A DNA stretch of 28,669 bases from a virus. Lineage: Duplodnaviria > Caudoviricetes. How positions within the stretch are numbered: the first letter of the stretch is position 1; each line of letters begins with the position of its first letter. Both the position numbers and the translations under genes were made by a program. This document shows, piece after piece, positions 6,432-15,500 of the stretch. The notes below the pieces were generated by a model, which was not told the origin of the DNA, made no database searches, and was given only the letters and a program-made list of their open reading frames with translations. The stretch is from the IMG/VR virus record IMGVR_UViG_3300046786_000085, positions 1-28,669 of that record, one strand, 5' to 3'.

Positions 6432-9284
6432 ATGTCAACCTTCGATCTACTCGACACGGTACTGCCACCGGAAGGGCGCTACTGCGTACTAGGGATTGGT
6501 AGGTATCCTGACCAGCATTTTGTAGATACTAAGGAAGAGGTTGAAGAGTTAGCGCAGCGCTTTGTCAAACGTAAGGTTGACGCATACTTCGGTTGCGCCA
6601 AGTACGGCTCGTTAGACAACCGCACCCATGAGAATGCCAAATACTTCCGTGCATTGTGGATGGACATTGATTGTGGCCCCACAAAAGGTGTACCCGACGA
6701 AAAAGGCATTATCAAAGGCTATCTCGATCAGCAGATTGGACTCGATGAGTTCAAGAAGTTCTGCAGTGCAGTCGGCTTACCAAAGCCAATATTAGTCAGT
6801 TCCGGTTACGGCATTCATGCGTACTGGCTACTGGAAGAAACAGTGTCTCGCCGAGAGTGGGAGCCACTAGCCAATCGGCTTCGTGAGTTGTGCGTTGAGC
6901 AAGGGTTAATTGTGGACTCCTCAGTCTTTGAGGCTTCACGTGTCCTGCGCATCCCCGGCACATTCAACTTCAAACAAGAAGAGGCCAAAGAGGTAACAGT
7001 ACTCAACACACTGACGCCTCGCATGACATATCAGGAAGTCAAGGACTTGCTTGGTGCGCCTGAACCAAAAGACGATGTACCCGACTTCATCCCGCGCACG
7101 ATGAGCCCGATGATGGAAGCACTGATGGGCAACAAGGTCAAGCGGTTTAAGACGATCATGCTCAAGGCCGAGAATGGTTGCCTGCAACTTAACCACTGTT
7201 TTGCAAACCAGAACAGCATTGAAGAACCACTGTGGCGCTCCGCTCTTTCTATTGCAGCTTTTTGCGTAGACGGAGACAAGGCCGCACATAAACTGTCGAG
7301 CGAACATGAAGGCTACGACCCCGCACAGGTTGACGAGAAGGTTAACAATCTGCGCAAGAAGGGTGGCCCACATCACTGCTCAACATTTGCGAAGCTCAAC
7401 CCACAAGGTTGTGACGGTTGCATCCATAGAGGCAAAATTAAATCGCCCATCATGCTCGGTGTTGAGATTGAAGAAGCCGACGCAGAAGATAACGAATACG
7501 CCGTCGAAGATGAGAACGGCGAGGTTGAGATACAGCATATCCCTGAGTACCCATTCCCATTTTTCCGTGGGAAGAAAGGTGGCGTCTACATTCGCCCTGA
7601 GAGCGAAGATGCCGAAGCCGAGCCGAAACTTGTGTACGAGCATGACTTCTATGTAGTCAAACGCATGCGTGACCCTGAAACTGGCGAAGTGGCTTTGTTC
7701 CGTTTGCACTTACCGCACGATGGTGTCCGAGAGTTCAGCATTTCAACAATGTCCATCTCCTCGCCTGATGAGTTGCGCAAACAGTTGGCACAACACGGAG
7801 TTGTAGCCCATAAGTCACAGTATGAGTTGCTTGCTCGGTATGTTGTGTTCTTTATTAAAAATTTGCAGTACGTTAGAAAGGCAGAGACCATGAGAACCCA
7901 GTTTGGTTGGGTCGAGGGTGACAGCAAGTTCATTCTCGGCGATCGAGAAATTACAAAAGATGGAGTGTTTTATAGCCCGCCGTCAAGCACAACGAAAGAT
8001 GTTGCCGAAAAGATTGTGCCCAAGGGCTCGCTTGAGAAGTGGAAAGAAGCATTCAACATGTACGCACGTCCCGGCCTCGAGCCTCATGCGTTTGCCGCAC
8101 TCACAGCGTTTGGCTCACCACTGTTGAAATTTACAGGTCTTGAAGGCGCGATCATCAACGTGATTCACCCCGAGTCCGGTTCAGGTAAGTCGACTGCATT
8201 GTTTATGTGCAACAGTGTGTACGGACAGCCCAAAGAGCTGACCTCCATGTACAAGGACACGTTCAACGCAAAGATGCACCAGCTCGGCGTGATGAACAAC
8301 TTGCCCAACACGATCGACGAGATTACCAACTTGAGCGGTATGGAGTTCTCTGACTTGGCGTACAGCATCAGCCAAGGCCGAGGCAAAAACAAAATGAAGG
8401 GCTCGACCAACGAGTTGCGAATTAACAACACCAAGTGGCAAGGTATTACCCTATGTTCCGCCAACGCCAGCTTTTACGAGAAGTTAGGCGTAGCCAAGAA
8501 TACGCCCGATGGTGAGTCCATGCGTTTGCTTGAATACAAAATCGAACCCAACAGCATCATCGACGTGCAAGAGGGCAAGGAGATGTTTGACCACCAACTG
8601 CGCGAGAACTTTGGGCATGCGGGTGATATTTACATCCAGTGGATCGTCAACAACTTGGAAGAAGCAATCGCCCTGATGCGTAAGGTACAAGCTCGACTTG
8701 ACCGAGAAGTTCAGTTCAATCAGAAGGAGCGCTTTTGGTCAGGTGTATCAGCGTGCAACATAGCTGGTGGTTTGATTGCCGGTAACTTGGGTCTGCACGA
8801 CTACGACATGAAGGCAATCTACGACTGGCTCAAAGGCATGTTGGGCGAGATGCGGTTTGAAATCCAAGCCCCGAACTCCACACCTGTAACAATCCTTGGT
8901 GAGTTTGTTAACGCCCACATTAATAATGCTTTAGTAGTAAATGGTGAGGTCGATGCTCGTAGTAACTTACAGTCGATGCCCATGCTCGAGCCCCGTGGAG
9001 AGCTGCTCATACGCTACGAGCCAGATACAAAAGAACTTTTTATCGCGGCCAAACAATTCAAAGACTTCTGTGTCAAACAGCAGATCAACTACAAGACTAC
9101 CTTGAAAGAATTGGGCAACGCCAAGATTTATGTAGAGGGTGTCAACAAGCGCATGTCCAAGGGCATGAAGGTTGTGTCCCCCGCAGTTCGGGTGCTGAAG
9201 TTTGACGCCTCAGCCGCCGAGTTCTTACAGATGGACGCCTTTGTAGCTACCGATGAAAATCGAGACAGTGTCGTATCAGATTGA
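6432..9284 (+). CDS. Primase-helicase fusion (RepB-like AEP primase, Cys-rich domain, DUF927-type helicase)
   Basis: WMDID, SSGYGIHAYW, RVLRIPGTFN primase motifs; QFGW, Walker A ESGSGKST, Walker B TIDE, ISQGRGK. Confidence 0.9.
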   Translation: MSTFDLLDTVLPPEGRYCVLGIGRYPDQHFVDTKEEVEELAQRFVKRKVDAYFGCAKYGSLDNRTHENAKYFRALWMDIDCGPTKGVPDEKGIIKGYLDQQIGLDEFKKFCSAVGLPKPILVSSGYGIHAYWLLEETVSRREWEPLANRLRELCVEQGLIVDSSVFEASRVLRIPGTFNFKQEEAKEVTVLNTLTPRMTYQEVKDLLGAPEPKDDVPDFIPRTMSPMMEALMGNKVKRFKTIMLKAENGCLQLNHCFANQNSIEEPLWRSALSIAAFCVDGDKAAHKLSSEHEGYDPAQVDEKVNNLRKKGGPHHCSTFAKLNPQGCDGCIHRGKIKSPIMLGVEIEEADAEDNEYAVEDENGEVEIQHIPEYPFPFFRGKKGGVYIRPESEDAEAEPKLVYEHDFYVVKRMRDPETGEVALFRLHLPHDGVREFSISTMSISSPDELRKQLAQHGVVAHKSQYELLARYVVFFIKNLQYVRKAETMRTQFGWVEGDSKFILGDREITKDGVFYSPPSSTTKDVAEKIVPKGSLEKWKEAFNMYARPGLEPHAFAALTAFGSPLLKFTGLEGAIINVIHPESGSGKSTALFMCNSVYGQPKELTSMYKDTFNAKMHQLGVMNNLPNTIDEITNLSGMEFSDLAYSISQGRGKNKMKGSTNELRINNTKWQGITLCSANASFYEKLGVAKNTPDGESMRLLEYKIEPNSIIDVQEGKEMFDHQLRENFGHAGDIYIQWIVNNLEEAIALMRKVQARLDREVQFNQKERFWSGVSACNIAGGLIAGNLGLHDYDMKAIYDWLKGMLGEMRFEIQAPNSTPVTILGEFVNAHINNALVVNGEVDARSNLQSMPMLEPRGELLIRYEPDTKELFIAAKQFKDFCVKQQINYKTTLKELGNAKIYVEGVNKRMSKGMKVVSPAVRVLKFDASAAEFLQMDAFVATDENRDSVVSD

Positions 9285-9447
9285 CTGGTCTAAATTCCGG
9301 CGCGGTTATTCTTTCTTTGTACCCTGCATCGACGAGAAAACCGCCCGGCAAACTATAACGTCAGTCTGTAGGCGGCTAAAAATGTCTGTGATTACGAAGG
9401 TAGTTATAGTGGACGGCATAAAAGGTTTGCGAGTGTGGCGTGTTTGA
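9253..9447 (+). CDS. Small conserved phage protein (64 aa)
   Basis: GxSFFVP...GLRVWRV pattern seen in small phage proteins; last gene of the arm. Confidence 0.75.
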   Translation: MKIETVSYQIDWSKFRRGYSFFVPCIDEKTARQTITSVCRRLKMSVITKVVIVDGIKGLRVWRV

Positions 9448-9455
9448 GCTACACT
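9427..9455 (+). promoter_or_regulatory. Putative sigma70 promoter for a small RNA
   Basis: TTGCGA (9427-9432), 17 nt, TACACT (9450-9455); no ORF between it and the terminator. Confidence 0.5.
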
Positions 9456-9461
9456 GATTAC

Positions 9462-9527
9462 ATTGTCATGGAGTCCTTGGGTTGATTGCTACTCTCCTTG
9501 CCCCGGCTAACCACCGGGGATTTTTTT
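9462..9527 (+). ncRNA. Putative antisense small RNA with anti-start-codon and anti-SD tracts
   Basis: Promoter-terminator unit of ~66 nt containing UGUCAUGGAGUCCUU and CUCUCCUU. Confidence 0.45.
9501..9527 (+). terminator. Rho-independent terminator at the junction of the two arms
   Basis: CCCCGG-ctaacca-CCGGGG followed by A and T7. Confidence 0.9.
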
Positions 9528-12500
9528 ATTTATTCCGCCCTTTTTCTTCCGCTTCTCTTGCGGCTTCCCTAGATGGACGCAGTGCTTTGATAAACATAGG
9601 CACGTTCTTCTCAGTCAGCGTAACACCGCGATAAGACTCAGCCCGTTGCTCTGCACGTTTCTCGATTGATCCAGTAATGTCATCAGACTCGAGTGCGTAG
9701 CTTGGGAACTCACGATTAAACTTGTTAACTCGCTTGCTCAAAGTTTCACTGAATCCTTTGAAGTTCTTTTCACGGAACTCACGATCAAGTCGGTTAAGCA
9801 ACTGAGTGCGTTCGTTCACAATCTTTTGCTCGAGGCCAATAACCTTGAAGGTCACGTACTGTGTATTTGCAAGTTGGTCTGAACGGAAGCCGACTGCTTG
9901 GAACAGCAACTGACCTGTTGAGAACGCATCCTTGGACAGAATCTTCGTACCCTTGTTGTCCTTAGCTCCTTCTTTCCACAGATCGTAGGAAGTCTTGAAG
10001 TTACGGAAACCAGCGGGCAGTGCGCGGTTAACGCCCTTATCGTAGTCACCCTGCATGAAGGCTTCGTATGCCTCGGCCCAAGACAAGAACATGTTTGCAG
10101 ATGGGCCAGCTTTCTCCAGCGCCAAAGCCATTGCACCTTCTCTAACAGTCTTAGGTTCTTTAGTATCGCGGAACCACAAATTGTTAAGACTTGTACGGCC
10201 CGAAATATCCAAGCCTGTCATCGCATTGGCTAGGCCACGCTCAACAATCTCAGACAACTTCTTACCGCCGATGCGTGTACCGCCGAGTTGCTCTTCAAGC
10301 CATACTGTACGGAACCACAACTCAAAGCTAAGGTTACGCAACTCTTTAGGCCAATCTTTGTCTCCACGCATGTGTTCCCATGCCGCACCGATCAGACCCA
10401 TGACAGTGCTGAACATTGGCAAACCAGCCGCGCCAGCGAGAACAAACGTAGTACCCAAAGTACCGAAGAACTTCTTGATTGCTTCTTCACGAGTCTTGCC
10501 GTGCATTGGCTTGACCATCTCCATGAAGTTTCTAAGCAGATACAAAGTCACATGCACGGGGTACATCATGAACTGAGTCAAGACTTTACCGACTGCGTTC
10601 TTCATAAACAGTGGGCGGTTGTACTGACCGTAGTTGCCAAGTGCTTCGTTGGTATCGATAACCGCTTGATCGACTGCGGCGTTGTGTGCCTCAGCAGGGG
10701 TCATGCTACCTTTAGCCATCATCTCACGATTCAAGCGATACGAAGATAGGAACATCATCTCGCGAGAGATACGCTCGGTAGAGTGCATCAAGCCACCCAA
10801 CACAAGCACGTCGACAGTATCTTTACCAAACGACATGATTGGGCCGCTTCGCTTGTCAGTCGGCGTAGCCTTGTAGTCGAAGATTGAGCTTGCGTATGTA
10901 GATGTAGTTACATCACGAGACAGCATGTCGCGAATAGCTCTGCGCTCATCTGGAGTCATGCCCTTTGCGTATTCCACAGAAGGTGCGACCCAAGACATAG
11001 AACCGTCTGGGTTCTGTTTGTACATGCCGAACTGACCCCACATCTTAATCATGCGACCCATCTCACGGGTTGCACCGACGGAGCCGTACTTCCACAACAC
11101 AGGCATACCAGTCTGGAACAAGCTTAGTGGTTGCAAGAGAGCAGAAGACGCGCCGCCCAAGTACCAGATGAACGATGCTTTATTAAGAGCCCCGGCAATC
11201 TTTTCTCCGGTTGTGTCTTTTGTATAGGCAAGCTCGTCAGTAACCCTGCGCTCCATCTCGGCAACGAATGGTGTGTAACGTGGACGGTTCTCAATAGAAT
11301 CTCGCGCCCCTGACAACGAAGCACGAAGCATCGGCGCGTACTTAATGCGAGCAAGCTGAGTTGCCATCTTAGTTGTGGTGTGAGCCACGTTGCGCAGTAA
11401 GTCAGGACGGAAACCTGTCACGCCCTTACGATGGATAAACTGCTTGCGGAAGCTTTGGTCAGGCATCGCTTGCAAGTAGACTTGATACACCGCATCCTTG
11501 AGTTTGTCTTTGGAGTCGGCATCGCCCAAGTTAGAGCTGTCAATCACATCAAAGATTTCACGCAAAAGGATGGAGCTGTCTGAAGAGATACGACGCAACG
11601 AACTGATGTCGTTGTCAAACACAAACTCTTTGTCAGTCAGCAACTCTTCAAGGTTAGCGGCACGGCGCTTCTGATATGTGTCCCAACTTTCCCCGGGCTT
11701 CTGTTTAATACGCTCGTCGGCGAAGGCTTGCATAGCATTGTCACGCTCAGCCATGCTTTCAAACATGAAGAACTTACGTGTCTTACCTTTGCCGATAGCC
11801 AACCAATAGTCGCCTTCACGAACGAGCGGGAAGTATGGGCTGATCTTGCCACCCTGCTCATAGATAGACCTGATCTTCTTCATCAAGTTTGCTTGCTGAG
11901 CAATCGACATATTGGACTTGGTAATCTGGTCGTCCAACAGTTTGGTGAAGTAAGCCGACAGTCTCTCGAAGTGCTGTTTGATCTGCACAAACAAACGCTG
12001 GCCTTCAACACCAAGATCGGCGTACTGTTTATCGAGGCTCTCGCTACGCTCATCTGCGGATGGATCAGAAGGATCAATTTCTGCAAGCGTAGATTCAAAC
12101 GCGATACGGTCTAGCTTAGCACGCAAAGTTTTGTCTGCACGGAACGCACGATCAATGCTATCCACCAACTCGCCAGAAGCCTTGAGGAACTGAAGAGTCA
12201 TGCCGTTCATTTTCTGAAGCAGCACGTTTGTATGTACCAGCTCTGGAACTGCATTAGCAGCCCACTGAACCAAGAAGTCAGTTGTCGGCAAGCGCACTAA
12301 AGCATTGCGCTGATGGATGGATGCGCGATTCCACAAAGCACGGAGCGCAGGGATAACCTCTCTTGGGTTCTGCGCCATTTGAAGCAGGGATACACCCTTG
12401 GCGAACTTGTCGCCCTTGACCGACTCCTTAAATTGCTCGCTTACTTCGGCAACTTTTTTGTCGACTTCCTTCTGACTTCTTATCGAGCCTCGGACTGCTT

Positions 12501-15500
12501 CAGTTTCGTTATCATCTCCGCTGTCGTCGACGACTTCTCCAGTATCCGCAGTGCCTTCGCCAGTGATTGCTGATAAGCTGGATCGCCCTTCTCCTGTTTC
12601 GCTAAGGCTTCCCACTGGCTTAGGAGTACCTTCATCTGAGATTTCTTCGGCGCTAGCGTCTTTGAAGCGGTTTCCACGAGGCTTGAGATTTCCACTTTTG
12701 AACTCCTTCTCTAAGAATTTGAATATATCTATGTTGGCTGCAATGTGGTCTGTCAACGCCTTTTGCACTTGGCGCATGTCGAAGCCGGGGAAGACTTCCA
12801 ACAATACCATAATCTTCTGCATCTCGGCAGGGAACTCAGCTCCGTGATTACGCACCTTAAAGTGAGCCAGCTCATGAATCATTGTGCCTATCATAGAAAG
12901 CGCAATCTCTTGTGGCGTGTCACTAAGCTTGGTAACAGACGGATTGATAAACATGCCTTTAAACGGCAGCATTACGTTGACACCGTAGTACTCGTTGTCA
13001 ATACTTGTACCGACTACTTGTGTAGCTAGATCACCGTATTCACCGCGTCCGGCGGCAATCAAAGCGTTGCGCAGATACATGAATGTCTGACCAACACCAG
13101 CCAAATACTTATCGTAGGCAGTACCAAACTCAGCACGTGCAGCTTCAGACAACGAGATATCAGCAGGCAACGCACCAGCGGCCTGCATCTTTTTAATCAG
13201 GTCATCCATCCACTCGCCGGAGTACTCTTCACCGTTAGATTTGTAAGCAACGTAATCGTTGTTGGCATTGATTGTTACTTGCCAACCTAGTCCAGTTAAG
13301 AACGCTCTTAGTTTGTCCGCATCATTTGGTATGCCGATAACTGTGTTGTCATGAATCATGACCCGATTAGGGTCAAGTTCGTTCTGCGGAATAGTCAGCT
13401 CATCAATACGAATTGACACATTCTTCAGGTCATCGTTTGTAAGTTCAGGAACTTGACGGTTGTTTACATACAGCACGCCATCCTTAACCTCAACTTTGTC
13501 GCCGGGTTTGATAAGCGTGAACGCAGTATCTGTTAGCGGTGCTTTAGGCTCAAGAACTTCTTTGGCCGACAGCGTACCATCGGGGTTGACATACTGCACA
13601 TCGCCAAAGTTTCTAATACCCGCAGCCAAGTCCAACTGACTGTAGATTGCAGTTATGTAGTTTGTGATCTTGTTGAAGTCTTCCTGCGCTACTTTGGAGA
13701 AACCTTGACGGTTCAACTCAAATGGGTAGCCAGCATCTTCGGGTTTGACGTGCGGGTCTGGCGAAACATCAATAAAAAAGTTTCGCTTAATTTCTTTACC
13801 GTCGAAACCGGGTCTGTCCTTGATTGATATATCAAACTGCCACAGACCATTGGACAGCACGTGCGCATTCTTACGAGGCCAATGTTCTTGCTCTTTAAGT
13901 TCTTTGGATACATAGATACGAGCAACACCCCATGCAAAACGCACGTTGGCAAAAGATGTGTACTCATCTATTGGGAAGTTTGCGCCAAGGGGCAAAGTTT
14001 TGGTTCTGTAGCCATCGTTGAACGTAACGTCAATGTCATCAAACAACGGGCTTTCCGTAAGCACGGGCGCACGCTCAAGATACCAGTCAGAAAAAGTAAT
14101 ATCCTTTTCTTGGCCAGTAGACTCGTCAGTGTACTTTTCTGGTATTTGAACAATAACAGCCGTGCCGTGACCGTCTGGGAAGTACTTTTGCTCGTACTCA
14201 CTTACTGTGTCTGGGTCGGTTGAAGTTGTAATAGTTGGCCCACGATCTGGATCGTCAAGCGCGGCTTTCAAATCATCACCGGTTGTAACCATGCGGGACA
14301 CAACCCCATCACGCAATGACACAACTTCCAACTGCTTGTTCTCAAACAGGAACAACATCTTGGCTACACCAAGACCGCCCGAAGCACGTGTAGTACCTTT
14401 GACCGTACCAGCAATCTGCAAGAACTGATTGCCCATCACGCTAGTCGGCATGCCGGGGCCGTTGTCCACAACACTAATAGTGCGCTTGCTTGAGTTTACA
14501 GATACATCAATCTTGCCCTTCTTGAGCTGACCTTTTTCAAGCGCTTCTTTAATAGCATCGAATGAGTTTTGGAACAGCTCTTTGATCGAGACCTTTGCAA
14601 TATCGTCAGGCGTGCCGTACAGTTTGTTACCAAGCATCTTAGCCAGACGTTGTACGTTAGCGCTGGGCTTGGCTTTGATTTCTTGATCGCCCTTTTTGCC
14701 CATGCCAAAGATAGAACTACTTGCAACTTCACCGCTGAGCTTAGCCCATGCAGGTGTACGTGAAGACAAGAGCTTGTCGGTGACAATAATCAAGTCGGTC
14801 ATTGCGTTGGTATCGTCATCGCTCATACCAAACAAATCGCGGATGCTGTTAACGAAGCGGTTGAAGAACGGTGTGTCTTCCTCGTAACCATGCGCACGTA
14901 ACAGAAACTCCTGCATCGCAGGGTCAGTCATGCCGTAGGCAACGAACTCTCGTGGGTCATCAAAGATTTCGCCATGAGATGCAAGCACGCTCATCTCTTT
15001 GGTCAGAGTGCCGTTAGCCGACAACTCATTGAACAGAGTACCAGCACTGTTCATTGTTCGGATCAAATCTTGGGCGGCACGTACTACTGCTGAGTTTGTG
15101 TTGATGCCTTTTTGAATCATTGCATAGGCCAAAGCCAACTTGCGGTTCGTAGCCGCATGCAACAACTCGTGCATGATCGTAGTGTTATTGACGCCTTGGT
15201 CTACACCAAAGGACGCACCGCGAACATAAATTACTTTGTCGCCAGTCCTGTAGTTCTCAATATACAGAGCAATAGAACGATCCCACTGCTGAGCATTACG
15301 AGTCTTCTTCAACTGTTCTGGAAGCTCGTCACCCTTCTCGATCACAACAAACTTAACGCCGTTGACAAACCCACGGAGACGTCTGCCCAACTTCTTTTGG
15401 AACAGATTGCCTGTCTTAATAATGTGAGACAGGGCTTGGGCACCCGTAGTGAACTTTTTGAATGTGTTGTCGGCTGCGCCCTTAGCAATAGTGACTGCGC

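Noticed and set aside
9458-9500. Minus-strand RBS-like AAGGA plus ATG after the giant gene
   Set aside because: Reads ATG-ACA-ATG-TAA (3 aa); not a credible gene, so the + strand antisense reading is preferred
9501-9519. Bidirectional terminator
   Set aside because: No U-tract follows the hairpin on the minus strand
14140-14660. Histidine kinase or MutL/gyrase B call for the GHKL domain
   Set aside because: No HisKA phospho-acceptor helix, and no GFRGEAL or GLHGVG signature; the LYG...ELxQN and IAG lid pattern fits the Hsp90-like branch better
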